Shown here: piece by piece, positions 29,640 to 38,887 of the stretch
How the letters are laid out: each line of letters opens with the position of its first letter
How positions within the stretch are numbered: position 1 is the stretch's first letter
Virus record (IMG/VR): IMGVR_UViG_3300042934_000313
Location: 1-61,491 of that record
Source of the DNA: a virus
Lineage: Duplodnaviria > Caudoviricetes
Direction: 5' to 3' (one strand)
Length of the DNA stretch: 61,491 bases
Position numbers and translations under genes: made by a program
Notes under the pieces: model-generated
Told to the model about the DNA's origin: nothing
What the model saw: only the letters and a program-made list of their open reading frames with translations
Database searches by the model: none

Positions 29640-30083
29640 ATGGACATCGCAATCCCGGAAGGGATGACGGACGCGGCACTGCTCGCGGTCATCATCGGCT
29701 TCCTGGCACCGCTGGTGCTGAACTTCATCGTGAGTGCAACCTGGCCCGCATGGGCCAAGTCCCTCGCGGCATTCGTGTTCGCGGCCGTCGCTGGTATCCT
29801 GACGGCCTGGATCACCGGAGCGTTCCAGGGTCTTTCGATCCTGTCCACGGTCCTGCTCATCCTCGTGGTGTCGATCACGTCGTACCAGAACTTCTGGAAG
29901 CAGGTCGCCCCGAACATGCAGAGGGGTGCGGCCGAGAAGCAGGCACAGGATGAAGCGGCGAAGAAGGCGGAGATTGTCGAAGTCGCCGCCCCCGTCGCCG
30001 CGAACGTTGCCCAGCAGGTGGTCAACGATCAGACAGTTCTTCCTGAAATGCAGGACCCCACCGCCGAAGGGGCAGTGGGGTAA
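29640..30083 (+). CDS. Holin
   Basis: Three TM helices, charged C-terminus, last gene of the lysis cassette. Confidence 0.65.
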   Translation: MDIAIPEGMTDAALLAVIIGFLAPLVLNFIVSATWPAWAKSLAAFVFAAVAGILTAWITGAFQGLSILSTVLLILVVSITSYQNFWKQVAPNMQRGAAEKQAQDEAAKKAEIVEVAAPVAANVAQQVVNDQTVLPEMQDPTAEGAVG

Positions 30084-30254
30084 TCAGGACAGGATGCGCT
30101 CGGTCTGCTTGGCGCTCTCGAAGATGGTGGAGTTGATCCGTTCCTTGTCGACGAGCGGTGCGTGAGTGGACAGAGCCAATGCGGTGACGACTGTCGCCCA
30201 GTCCTCCAAACGGAGGGTGACCTGGATGCACTGATTGCGGTCTGAACTAGCCAT
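30084..30254 (-). CDS. Hypothetical protein
   Basis: Stop abuts the holin stop; lies beyond the main terminator. Confidence 0.35.
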   Translation of the reverse strand: MASSDRNQCIQVTLRLEDWATVVTALALSTHAPLVDKERINSTIFESAKQTERILS

Positions 30255-30309
30255 GGATACGTCCCCTTGCACTCGTAGGATGGAGTCCTTGGTTGTTCCT
30301 ACCACGAAA

Positions 30310-30348
30310 AAGAAGGGCCAGACTTCGGGGGGAAGTCTGGCCCTTCTT
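30310..30348. terminator. Bidirectional intrinsic terminator near the convergence of the two arms
   Basis: 17-bp stem AAGAAGGGCCAGACTTC/GAAGTCTGGCCCTTCTT with A/T tracts on both sides. Confidence 0.85.
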
Positions 30349-30356
30349 GTGTCGTA

Positions 30357-30542
30357 CTAGAACCCCATCGCGAGGCGCGTGAGCCACACCCCGAGCGGGA
30401 CGAAGAACGACAGCACGATCACGCCGAGCACGATGAGGAACCCTGTCTGCTGGTGCCTCGTGTGCCGAGCGTTCTCGATCTTGATTCTGTCGTCGGCCGA
30501 CAGGCCCTCGTACTTGTCCACTGGTATCGGGTCCTCCATCAT
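30357..30542 (-). CDS. Small membrane protein
   Basis: C-terminal TM helix. Confidence 0.65.
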   Translation of the reverse strand: MMEDPIPVDKYEGLSADDRIKIENARHTRHQQTGFLIVLGVIVLSFFVPLGVWLTRLAMGF

Positions 30543-30706
30543 GCGGCCAGTCTCCTCAGGAGTTCCAGGTCGTAACGAATCTGGTCCGTCCAGATCGTCT
30601 TTTCTGTAGCCGACAGCGAGTACCGGCAGTCACCGCATAACGTGCCTCTGCGACCTCTCCTGAGGATGCCGCAACGCGCACACGGTCGGGGCAGATCGCC
30701 GCTCAT
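30539..30706 (-). CDS. Small Zn-finger protein (CxxC...CxxC)
   Basis: MSGDLPRPCARC...LCGDC; ATGA overlaps. Confidence 0.55.
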   Translation of the reverse strand: MSGDLPRPCARCGILRRGRRGTLCGDCRYSLSATEKTIWTDQIRYDLELLRRLAA

Positions 30707-31464
30707 GCGACGAGCGTGTGATCCTTCTGGAGCAGACCACCGGTCAGATGGAACGACGGCGCGGTCATCGCCGGGTTGAACGTCATGTTGACCGTCATCC
30801 CAGTGATCGTCGGGAAAGTCTGACTTTCCACGATTCCGCCCGACGCGTAGGTCGGCGCGACCTGGACCACGGTCTTCGCAGAGCCGATCTTGCCGAACAT
30901 CGCGACATGCTCCTGCACCTGAGCCGCCGCCTTCTTCGCCGCCTCGCTGACCTCGACGAAGTAGTTCGACATGATCTGGTCGCCGGTCATCGAGGGGAGC
31001 ATGGCGTACCCGTCCGCGACCGGGGTCGGCTCGCCGGTGACCTGCTCCACGGCCGCGTAGTACAGGTCGTGGACACCCCACGGGTTGCTGTACCGACGAT
31101 CCTGGTTCTGGAGTTCCAGAGCCGCCTTGTAGATCGCGAGGGACTCGTCCCAGCGCTTGTTCCGGTCCTGGTGCATCTGTGCGCACCGCGCGGCGACGGA
31201 TGCCTTCAGCCCAAGGCCGTAGCCCTGAAGCACCGCGTGCGCGCCACGCTTGTCGGCCATGAGCGGGAGGTCCACGCCCAACTCGGCCAGCGCGGCACCG
31301 ATGAGGCAGGTCGCCTCGCCGAGCGCGTTCTGGTACGTCGGCGATCCGCCACCGGGGGTGTAGTAGCCGTTGCTCCCCGGCTCACCCCAGCGCGGGTAGC
31401 GGTAGTCGCCGCCGCGCTTCTCGACAGCACGCTCCATCGCCGCCGTGAAATCCTTCTCCTGCAT
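30703..31464 (-). CDS. Hypothetical protein
   Basis: GAGGAAAGG RBS; good codon usage. Confidence 0.7.
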   Translation of the reverse strand: MQEKDFTAAMERAVEKRGGDYRYPRWGEPGSNGYYTPGGGSPTYQNALGEATCLIGAALAELGVDLPLMADKRGAHAVLQGYGLGLKASVAARCAQMHQDRNKRWDESLAIYKAALELQNQDRRYSNPWGVHDLYYAAVEQVTGEPTPVADGYAMLPSMTGDQIMSNYFVEVSEAAKKAAAQVQEHVAMFGKIGSAKTVVQVAPTYASGGIVESQTFPTITGMTVNMTFNPAMTAPSFHLTGGLLQKDHTLVA

Positions 31465-31478
31465 GGTTGTTCCTTTCC

Positions 31479-31970
31479 TCACACTCGACCTTGGGCATAC
31501 GACACCAGCCGCCACAGCGCTTCGCGGAAGGGGTCGTCGGAGGCGTCAAGGTCGAACAACGCCTCCATGTCTTCGTTGCGCCGAAGGTGGTTCTCCACGA
31601 GGGAGGCCGCATCCAGCGTTTCCCGGTCGGCCTTGTGCACCACGCCGTGTGCCTCGGTCGGCCGATCGTTCACGTACTCCGGCAGGACATACACCTTGCA
31701 CCGACCGCGAGTTTCGGTCAAGCGGGCCAACTTCCCCACCTTGTGCAAGACGCTCAGCGCCCCGCTCACGCGTCCGTGATGCAGGGTGCTGTCCCGCAGT
31801 TCAGCGACCGTGATTCCCTTCTCCTTGGCCCTTCCAGCCAGGATGAGGATGAATCTCTGCCGCTTGCTGGCGGTGCCCTTCACCACATCGTCCTGAGCCC
31901 TCTGCTTCGAGGTCTCAGAACCGGCGTAGCCCTCCGTCCCCGCATAGGGGAGGGCTGTCTCATCAGTCAT
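31479..31970 (-). CDS. Winged-helix-like DNA-binding protein
   Basis: GITVAELR...HGRVSGALSVL...GKL..L.E.R...KVY. Confidence 0.55.
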   Translation of the reverse strand: MTDETALPYAGTEGYAGSETSKQRAQDDVVKGTASKRQRFILILAGRAKEKGITVAELRDSTLHHGRVSGALSVLHKVGKLARLTETRGRCKVYVLPEYVNDRPTEAHGVVHKADRETLDAASLVENHLRRNEDMEALFDLDASDDPFREALWRLVSYAQGRV

Positions 31971-32256
31971 GCTCTTCCTCCGTCACGAACTCGATGTATC
32001 CCAACTTCCGAGCCATGGCGAAGATCGGGTCGTCGTCAGCGAACCGGTCGTACCAGCCTCGGCATACGGCATCCTCTTCGCCGCCGCCAGCGATGGTCGT
32101 CTTGTGGCAGATGAAGGAAGCACCGTCCTCATCCTTGGTCTCTCGGACTATCTCGGCGACCCGAGCGCCCGGCACGATCCGGTTCGGCGTGAACGCACAG
32201 GCATTGCACTCCTTGCCGATGACGTGCACCTTGCCGTCCCGGTAGATCGTGGCCAC
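31963..32256 (-). CDS. Hypothetical protein (Cys motifs CNAC, FICHK, CRG)
   Basis: Coupled ORF. Confidence 0.65.
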   Translation of the reverse strand: MATIYRDGKVHVIGKECNACAFTPNRIVPGARVAEIVRETKDEDGASFICHKTTIAGGGEEDAVCRGWYDRFADDDPIFAMARKLGYIEFVTEEEHD

Positions 32257-32257
32257 G

Positions 32258-32572
32258 TCACACCTTCCTTGCCCACTTCGGCGGCTTCCAGTCCTCGATG
32301 GTCGTCGGCTCCTGGAGCGGCAGACCGTTGAGTTCGGTCACCAGGATGTCCTTGGCCATGTGGACGGATGCCAGCAGTTCCTCGTACCGGCGCTTGTACC
32401 CGGCCTGTGAGCCGGGGCTGTCGGCGTACCGCTGGAGCATGAAGTTCGCATGCCGCAGTCTGCGAATCTCCGAGCGGAGGCGAGCGTTCTCGTCGTTCGC
32501 CGCCGCCGCCCTTCGCTGTGCGTGCCTGCGCTGGCTCTTCGCCTGCGCCAGTTGTTCCTCCAGGGTCAGCAT
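32258..32572 (-). CDS. Hypothetical coiled-coil protein
   Basis: TGATG coupling; GGAGG RBS. Confidence 0.6.
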   Translation of the reverse strand: MLTLEEQLAQAKSQRRHAQRRAAAANDENARLRSEIRRLRHANFMLQRYADSPGSQAGYKRRYEELLASVHMAKDILVTELNGLPLQEPTTIEDWKPPKWARKV

Positions 32573-32832
32573 CAGCCCAACCTCCATCGTGGTGTCCCGC
32601 AGACGGGGCACCACATCTGCTCTTCGCAGGCGGGACACTCGATGCGCCCACCCTCCAGTGGTCCGGTGTTCTTCTCGTCCCAGTCGAGGGGGAGGCCGCA
32701 CAGGGCGGTCACGAACTCCGGCCGAGGGTTCGCCAGGACATGGCACTCCTCGTGGACCAGATGACGCATCCCGTCGTCGGTGTCCTCTTCCGTAGAAAGT
32801 ACGACTTTCTCGTCGTCAAGAATCTGTGTCAT
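32572..32832 (-). CDS. Hypothetical Zn-binding protein
   Basis: ALCG...CPAC...CPVC. Confidence 0.6.
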   Translation of the reverse strand: MTQILDDEKVVLSTEEDTDDGMRHLVHEECHVLANPRPEFVTALCGLPLDWDEKNTGPLEGGRIECPACEEQMWCPVCGTPRWRLG

Positions 32833-33100
32833 GTGCGTGCACCCAGATCGTGTGGTTCTCGTCAAGGTCCTTCGCCACGATCGCCTCACGGCAGACGCCG
32901 CAGACCCAGACCATCTCGACATCATGCTCGGGCATCATGGCCAGAGTTGCCTCAGCACCCTGCTTCGCGGCGTCGGCGAGCAGGTTCCGCAGAGAGTCCG
33001 TTCCGACCATGGTGACGGAGCCGACCTTGCTGGTGACCTTCTTGTACCTGTCCGACGCCATGATCGAATCGGCCACCTGCTCGAAGAATGAGTCGGTCAT
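32816..33100 (-). CDS. Hypothetical protein
   Basis: Coupled ORF with RBS. Confidence 0.6.
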   Translation of the reverse strand: MTDSFFEQVADSIMASDRYKKVTSKVGSVTMVGTDSLRNLLADAAKQGAEATLAMMPEHDVEMVWVCGVCREAIVAKDLDENHTIWVHAHDTDS

Positions 33101-33465
33101 GCCTTGTCCTCCACGTGCTGTGCTGAGCGGGTGTCGACCTTGCGAGCCACGGTCATCAGCGCTTCGACACTGATGTGCGGCCCGAAGATACGAAGCCCTT
33201 GGTACTCGAAGTTCTCACGAGCCTCGTGCTCCCAGTACCTCAGGAAGAGGCCGAAGATCACCTGGACCAGTTCGGAGTGGGTGGAGTGCTCCGAGGGATA
33301 AGCCTTCCCGCCGAAGCCCCAGTCCCACTCGCCCGTGATGACATCGCGCCGCCAACACTTGATCTGGACGAAGGGTCCCTTCGCGTCCTCCTCCACGCGG
33401 ACGGTGCACTTCATGCCGAGAGTGATGTCGGCCGCGATTTCCTGGAGTCGTTCGAGGAGCGTCAT
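33097..33465 (-). CDS. Hypothetical protein
   Basis: ATGA overlaps; EHEARENFEY...IFGPH motif. Confidence 0.7.
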   Translation of the reverse strand: MTLLERLQEIAADITLGMKCTVRVEEDAKGPFVQIKCWRRDVITGEWDWGFGGKAYPSEHSTHSELVQVIFGLFLRYWEHEARENFEYQGLRIFGPHISVEALMTVARKVDTRSAQHVEDKA

Positions 33466-34010
33466 TCGGGAACCTCCGCCAGCGCCTTGTCGATGTCCTG
33501 CACGGCGCGCTTCCAGCCGCATGCCACCGTGTCGTCGTCAGGATGAACGTTGCACTCAGGGTGGTTCGAGCGGGCGGTCTTGATCCGCTCGATCACGTCT
33601 GCCTGCTTGTTCACCGTGTCGATGAGCGCCTTCTCCGAGTCGGTGTGGTCGCCACGGAGTTGCTCGTTCTCGCGCTCGCTGTACTCACGCTGGCCGCGCT
33701 CACCACGGATGACGAGAGCCTGCCCAAAGTGGAGTTCTGCCAGAGCGCGGACCAGTTCGTCCTCGTTGGCCCCGACCGCATCGGCCTGGTCGAAGAACCC
33801 CTGGATGATTTCCAGGCTCTTCTCGATAGTCGGCGGATTCTCCGGCTCGCTGATCACGAACGGGTTGTAGTCGTCGGCCGCAGGCGATGCCATTACCACG
33901 ACCCCCATCGGCTTGACCGCATCCGCGAGGATGCCGAGGTTGGCGGAACCGTCGACATAACCGCGCAGTTCGATGTCCACCCCACGCAGTGTGACTCGTG
34001 CTCTGGTCAT
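33462..34010 (-). CDS. Hypothetical protein
   Basis: ATGA overlaps. Confidence 0.65.
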   Translation of the reverse strand: MTRARVTLRGVDIELRGYVDGSANLGILADAVKPMGVVVMASPAADDYNPFVISEPENPPTIEKSLEIIQGFFDQADAVGANEDELVRALAELHFGQALVIRGERGQREYSERENEQLRGDHTDSEKALIDTVNKQADVIERIKTARSNHPECNVHPDDDTVACGWKRAVQDIDKALAEVPE

Positions 34011-34309
34011 GACAGGTTCCCCCCTTGTAGTGCCTCCTCGTTGACAATGACGCGGGTGCCGTCTGGCTTGATCCGCATGAGTTCGCCGTCGTGGTGCCAC
34101 TTCGCGGCAGTCCCATCGGCGATGAAGTGCTTGTGGTCGTAGACGAATGCCCACGCGGTGCCGAACACCTGGCCCGCGATTCGGTGCGCGGCATCCAGGC
34201 TGACGGCCTCGATGACCGCGTACCCGTTCTTCTGCATCCGAAGTGGGTGTCGTTCCGAGTTGACCGACTGTCCGTATTGGACGCCGAAGGTCACGTAGAA
34301 ATCTTCCAT
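34007..34309 (-). CDS. Hypothetical protein (FYVTFG...WAFVY family)
   Basis: GAGAGAGAG tract before the ATG. Confidence 0.65.
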   Translation of the reverse strand: MEDFYVTFGVQYGQSVNSERHPLRMQKNGYAVIEAVSLDAAHRIAGQVFGTAWAFVYDHKHFIADGTAAKWHHDGELMRIKPDGTRVIVNEEALQGGNLS

Positions 34310-34334
34310 CTTCTCTCTCTCGGTTATGTGGTAC

Positions 34335-34363
34335 AGAATACTGTAGAAAGTCGGACTATTCAA
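34335..34363 (-). promoter_or_regulatory. SigA-like promoter overlapped by the palindromic motif
   Basis: TTGAAT-N17-TATTCT; motif copy 34347-34359 covers the spacer and part of the -35. Confidence 0.65.
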
Positions 34364-34427
34364 GAGGAGCGGGGGGAGGGGTGTTCAAGTCCTCCCCCCG
34401 CTCGGACGCGCCACCAGGGAGGGCGCG

Positions 34428-34625
34428 TCAGTCCGGAGTGGGGGAATCTCCGGACGTTTGTGTGGGGCCAGCGCGCCTCCACTCTTCGTCAGCGCGCTTC
34501 CACTGCTCCATTTCTTCGGCGTCGCGGATGCGTGCCGAACGGTCCCAGTACCATGCGATTGCCCAGCCTACGAGCAATGCGGCGCAGAGACCACAGGCGA
34601 TGAGCACTACGACGATGGGCTTCAT
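34428..34625 (-). CDS. Small membrane protein
   Basis: N-terminal TM; ATGA overlap. Confidence 0.55.
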   Translation of the reverse strand: MKPIVVVLIACGLCAALLVGWAIAWYWDRSARIRDAEEMEQWKRADEEWRRAGPTQTSGDSPTPD

Positions 34626-35251
34626 GCCGTGCTCGCCTCTTCGCGCTCCTCGTCGGTGTACTCGGCCGAGAGTCCCGAGCGGGTGCGCGTGACGAGGTTG
34701 CTGGTGCCCGCGTAGGCCGACGCGAATGACTGCCCGGTTCCTGCCACCGAGATGGTCGAGCCCTTGGCGAAGCCGTAGGCTCCACCGGTGGCGAACGCAT
34801 CGACGTTGGCGGCGAGGTAGACGAAGGTCCACGACCACTTCTCGGTCTGCTCCGTCACCATCGCCTTGACCTGAGCCGCGGTGAACTCACGGCTGGAGTT
34901 CTCCTGGCCGTCCGTCGCGATGACCACGATGACGTGAGCCGGACGCTTCTCTTCCGGCATGGTCCTGAACTTGTTGCCAAGCCGCAGGATCATGAGGCCG
35001 ATCGCGTCGTTCAGCGCGGTGCCCCCGCGCGGAGCCACGAGGTCGGAGGGAACGTCGGCCACGGCCGCATCCGTGGCCACGAACTCGACGACGGAATCGA
35101 AGGTGCACACGTCGACCTTGAGGGTCCCCGGTTCCTTCGCCTGGTCGCTGAGCAACTGCGCGATTGCCCCGTTCACGTCGTCGACGATCGTCTGCATGGA
35201 CCCCGACGAGTCGACGACCAGGGCCAGGTGGGTGTAGTTCTCGTCGGTCAT
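34622..35251 (-). CDS. von Willebrand factor A domain protein
   Basis: MIDAS DSSGSM, GGTALNDA, ATDGQENSS. Confidence 0.85.
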   Translation of the reverse strand: MTDENYTHLALVVDSSGSMQTIVDDVNGAIAQLLSDQAKEPGTLKVDVCTFDSVVEFVATDAAVADVPSDLVAPRGGTALNDAIGLMILRLGNKFRTMPEEKRPAHVIVVIATDGQENSSREFTAAQVKAMVTEQTEKWSWTFVYLAANVDAFATGGAYGFAKGSTISVAGTGQSFASAYAGTSNLVTRTRSGLSAEYTDEEREEASTA

Positions 35252-35460
35252 AGTTCCTCCTCGATGATGACTTGCGCAAACGCCACAGCGGCCTTGCACT
35301 GGCGACACTCGCACTCGGAGGCGTCGCCTTCCTCCGCTTCCCACTTCTTCACTTCGAGAGTGGCGTTGAGAACCTCGTAGATCGCCGCCTCAACGGGGTC
35401 GTCGCCGAGCGGCTCCCCGAGCACGGCCAGGGCTTTCTCGATGGTCTCCATCTGGGTCAT
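35248..35460 (-). CDS. Hypothetical protein
   Basis: Coupled ORF. Confidence 0.6.
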   Translation of the reverse strand: MTQMETIEKALAVLGEPLGDDPVEAAIYEVLNATLEVKKWEAEEGDASECECRQCKAAVAFAQVIIEEEL

Positions 35461-35624
35461 CAGTAACTCGCTTCCAGGATCGTCTCGCAGATCATCCGGG
35501 CCGCGGTCATGATGGTCTTCTCCAGCGCCATGATGTCGCCCTGGCTGGCGGGTCGGCTGGCATACGGGAGGCTTCGGTCGATCTGGTCCTCTCGTGCCGC
35601 GAGGATTTTCTCGGCGTCGGTCAT
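35460..35624 (-). CDS. Hypothetical protein
   Basis: Coupled ORF (MTDAEKIL...). Confidence 0.55.
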   Translation of the reverse strand: MTDAEKILAAREDQIDRSLPYASRPASQGDIMALEKTIMTAARMICETILEASY

Positions 35625-35701
35625 CGTACGTCCACCCCCTCGAAGATGCACTGGCAGTCGCGCCCCTCGTAGGGCTCGCCGCAGTGCTCGCAGACGGTCA
35701 T
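35621..35701 (-). CDS. 26-aa Cys-rich microprotein
   Basis: MTVCEHCGEPYEGRDCQCIFEGVDVR; ATGA overlap at both ends. Confidence 0.5.
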   Translation of the reverse strand: MTVCEHCGEPYEGRDCQCIFEGVDVR

Positions 35702-35967
35702 TCTCTTGCTCCTTCCCAGTTGCAGTCGAGGCCACTGGCCTTGGTTTCATTCCACGAGTCGTACTCGCTCCACGTCACACAGATCAGGGTGCGCCCGTCG
35801 TTGAGCGTGATGATGTTCTCGCGGAACGCGCTGTCGTTCGCGTTCTGACGAACGGTGGACGGCGCTTCGGGTACCGGGGTCTCCTCCGAAAAGTCGGACT
35901 TTTGGCTGGCGCATCCGGCCAGGGCCAGGGCGGCGACCAGCGCCGCCCCGACCATGACCTTCTTCAT
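35698..35967 (-). CDS. Lipoprotein
   Basis: MKK-hydrophobic-LAGC lipobox. Confidence 0.75.
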   Translation of the reverse strand: MKKVMVGAALVAALALAGCASQKSDFSEETPVPEAPSTVRQNANDSAFRENIITLNDGRTLICVTWSEYDSWNETKASGLDCNWEGARE

Positions 35968-36305
35968 GACTCCGGCTCGCCTTCGAGGAGGACGATTTCG
36001 ACCTCCGCCTGCCCGAACCACTCGGCGATCGTGCCACCCGTCCGCAGGTGCGTGATCAGAGCGAGGAGGGACCGGATGATTTCTCCGGGCTTGTCCCCGC
36101 CCTTCGCCACCAGGACCTCGATCATCTCGTGGGTCATCTCCTCCGCGCGCTTCTCGCGCTCCGAGCCAGGGTCGGCGAGGAGGTATTCCGTTGAGACGGT
36201 GATGAGGGCGGCGGTGGCGGCGAGCAACTTCTGGTACGCCTCCGCCTCTGCCTCGCCGTAGTGCTCACGCATTTCAGCCAGATGGGTCTTCTCCTCGGCG
36301 CTCAC
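35964..36305 (-). CDS. Hypothetical protein
   Basis: GTGA/ATGA overlaps. Confidence 0.65.
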   Translation of the reverse strand: MSAEEKTHLAEMREHYGEAEAEAYQKLLAATAALITVSTEYLLADPGSEREKRAEEMTHEMIEVLVAKGGDKPGEIIRSLLALITHLRTGGTIAEWFGQAEVEIVLLEGEPES

Positions 36306-37207
36306 TGGGGCGCTCCTGCGAAGTTGCCCAGGCCGGTGAAGCCCTCGGGGACGACGATCAGGTTGGCGTTCTCCAGCACGTCGTAGTACCTCTGCTGGAG
36401 AACCTGCGGGGTCAGCGACTCCGTGAGGATGCGGTTCGCCTCGGCCTCGGCGGACGCCACAGCGATCTTCTGCTGGGCGTCAACCTTCGCCTTCTCCAGA
36501 TCGGCCTGCGCCTTGACGACCTCGGTCTGCGCGTTCTGCGCCTCCTCGAAGCGGACCTTCACGGCCTCGGAGTAGCGAACCTCCTGCATCGACACGTCCT
36601 CGATGATGATGCCCTTGTCCTTCCACTCGGCCTCAAGGGCCTCGCGGATGTCGTTTGCCACCTTGGCGCGCTCGGTCAGCATTTCGATCGTGGTGTACCG
36701 GCCGGGGATGTCACGCGGGACGGAGCGGATGTCCTGCTCGATGACCTTCGTGCGGAAGTCATCCTGGTTCTGGTACTGCTCGACGAGCGCCTCCACCTTC
36801 TTCGGGTCGATGGAGTACAGGACCACCAGGTCCATGTTCGCGGAGACACCATCCTTGTCGGTGAAGGTGATCTGCGGACCGTTGGTGGGCGAGCCGTTGT
36901 ACGTCTGGTTGCCGTCGCCGAGGAACACGGACAACTGGTTGCGCACGTCGAAGTCGATCGCGTCGACCCACGGCTCCTTCCAGTGAGGGCCAGGTGCCGA
37001 CTCGGAACCCTGCACCACACCAGTCCAGTCCTTCATGACCTTCGCCTCGCCGGGCTCGATCGTGTAGTACGTGGAGAAGATGAAGAACATGAGGCCGAGC
37101 AGGCCGGTGAAGATGCCGCCCGCGATGACCCACCCGTTGCGGACGATGAGACCGATCGCGAGCACTATGGCCGCGATGATCCATACGATGATTGCGAAGA
37201 CGAACAC
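36302..37207 (-). CDS. SPFH/band 7 (prohibitin-like) membrane protein
   Basis: Two N-terminal TMs; PG.HW..PW; C-terminal AEAEANRILTESLTPQVLQQRY. Confidence 0.85.
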   Translation of the reverse strand: MFVFAIIVWIIAAIVLAIGLIVRNGWVIAGGIFTGLLGLMFFIFSTYYTIEPGEAKVMKDWTGVVQGSESAPGPHWKEPWVDAIDFDVRNQLSVFLGDGNQTYNGSPTNGPQITFTDKDGVSANMDLVVLYSIDPKKVEALVEQYQNQDDFRTKVIEQDIRSVPRDIPGRYTTIEMLTERAKVANDIREALEAEWKDKGIIIEDVSMQEVRYSEAVKVRFEEAQNAQTEVVKAQADLEKAKVDAQQKIAVASAEAEANRILTESLTPQVLQQRYYDVLENANLIVVPEGFTGLGNFAGAPQ

Positions 37208-37227
37208 GAAAAGTCCTACTTTCTGGC

Positions 37228-37821
37228 CTACGCGGCCGGTGCGTAGTCGGGCTCGGAAGCCGCGACAGCGGAGTCGGAAGGCGTTCCCTGCAATGCCTTC
37301 TCGACGAGTTCGTTCGCTTCTCTCTGCGAACGAGCCTTGACGGTGGTGTGGAACTGCACACCGTTGACGGTCTTGTTGACCGTGAAGTCGCGCGGTCGTC
37401 CGGGGATGCCGAGTTTCGCGGTCAGCGCGTCGTACTGCGGGCAGTACCCCTGCTGGTCAGCGAACTTGCCCATGTCCTCGAACAGCCATTGGATGCCGGG
37501 GTGGTCGACGCCGATGAACTCATCGCCCTCCGGCTTCCGGCCCAACTTGCGCGGCGCGGGACGGTTCGGATCGGACAGTTGCAGTTGGTGGAGCATGAAC
37601 GAGAACGACATCTCCTCATTGCGCCCGGTCCACCGGTTCTCTTTGCGTTCGAGAGAACGCACATTGACCGACTCCGCGAAGATGGATGTGACCCGGAAGA
37701 CTTCTTGCGTCTGGATTCGGTATCGCCGAGTCGTGTTCAGCCGGTAGTAATCATCGGTCTGCACCACTTGGACTTCCATGCCGATGTAGAGGTCACCGTG
37801 TGGAATCTCTGATAGCCGCAT
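37228..37821 (-). CDS. Hypothetical protein
   Basis: GGAGAGAG RBS. Confidence 0.7.
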   Translation of the reverse strand: MRLSEIPHGDLYIGMEVQVVQTDDYYRLNTTRRYRIQTQEVFRVTSIFAESVNVRSLERKENRWTGRNEEMSFSFMLHQLQLSDPNRPAPRKLGRKPEGDEFIGVDHPGIQWLFEDMGKFADQQGYCPQYDALTAKLGIPGRPRDFTVNKTVNGVQFHTTVKARSQREANELVEKALQGTPSDSAVAASEPDYAPAA

Positions 37822-37830
37822 TGCTCTCTC

Positions 37831-38001
37831 CTATCTCTGGTACTTGTTGACGTTGAACGGGTTGGTGTACTTCTGCCGCGCTTCCAGGTACGCGGCCCTG
37901 ATCTTCTTGATGGTCGCCGTGTTGATCGACTCCTTCTCGGCAACCGAGAGGACTACTGCCAGTTGGGCGACCTGGGCCATGTAGAACGCGCTGTCCTTCA
38001 T
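37831..38001 (-). CDS. Hypothetical protein
   Basis: ATGA overlap. Confidence 0.5.
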   Translation of the reverse strand: MKDSAFYMAQVAQLAVVLSVAEKESINTATIKKIRAAYLEARQKYTNPFNVNKYQR

Positions 38002-38117
38002 CCGAGAACCACCGCCACCACGGTGCCCGCTGTCACGATCACCAAGAGCGCGATCAGCGAGATAAGCGGCCAGGTCCACGGAGAGCGCTCCTTGCGCTTG
38101 TGCTGTCCCTGGTTCAC
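37998..38117 (-). CDS. Small membrane protein
   Basis: Single TM; GTGA overlap. Confidence 0.5.
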   Translation of the reverse strand: MNQGQHKRKERSPWTWPLISLIALLVIVTAGTVVAVVLG

Positions 38118-38887
38118 GCGCGCCACACACGGACTTCCACTTCGAGGCCGGATGCCGCGACGCTGGTGAAGTAGTCGCCGAGCGTCATGTGCATGGGCAA
38201 CTTGCTCAGGTCCACGACCCATGAGTCATGGGTGTCGAGGAACTCCCGCTCGCCGAGACTCTTGAGCCGGGCGACCTCGGCCTCATCCCGCGTGGGATTC
38301 ATGGCCTCCTCGTACGCCTCGGCCTCCGCCAGCGTCAGCGGCGGCTGGAAAGTCGGACTTTCTGTCTCCGCCACTCGGCCTACCTCCGGCGCTCCGGTCA
38401 GCCAGTCCTCTTGCTTCGGCTTCTTGGCGAGAATCTCCTCGGGCACGATCCAGTCACGAGCGCCACGCTTTCCCTTCACGGGGGTGAAGCCCATCTGGTA
38501 CATCGCCCTCGTCGCCGTGATGTGCACCATCTCGGTGTGGTCGACGAGTTCCTTCACCGTGAGGACTTCGGGGAAGCCGGTCTCCACGATGTAGTCGATC
38601 ACCTTCTGCTTCGTCCGTGCCGCCACGGCCGGGCCTTCGGTGATGTTGGACGGAAGTTCCCGCACGTCCTTCGGGTCATCTGGGTGTCGCACGCCAGCCC
38701 TCCTCAGTCGAGCCATGAGATTGATCGGAGCCCGCACATCGCTGTTCGTGAAATGCAGGCTGGTGGTCTCTCCGTCCGGTAGCCGGAGCAAGAGACCCTT
38801 CGTGGTCCTGGTGACGCCTACGCCCTGTTCCTCCATGGATCGGACGAAGCGTTCGATCGCTGATGCGGTCATCGTCTTACTCGGCAT
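38114..38887 (-). CDS. Hypothetical protein (HicA-like N-terminal pattern, possible HTH)
   Basis: G..V.RT.KG......PDG....LH.T.SD.RA..N..ARLRRAG. Confidence 0.6.
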   Translation of the reverse strand: MPSKTMTASAIERFVRSMEEQGVGVTRTTKGLLLRLPDGETTSLHFTNSDVRAPINLMARLRRAGVRHPDDPKDVRELPSNITEGPAVAARTKQKVIDYIVETGFPEVLTVKELVDHTEMVHITATRAMYQMGFTPVKGKRGARDWIVPEEILAKKPKQEDWLTGAPEVGRVAETESPTFQPPLTLAEAEAYEEAMNPTRDEAEVARLKSLGEREFLDTHDSWVVDLSKLPMHMTLGDYFTSVAASGLEVEVRVWRA

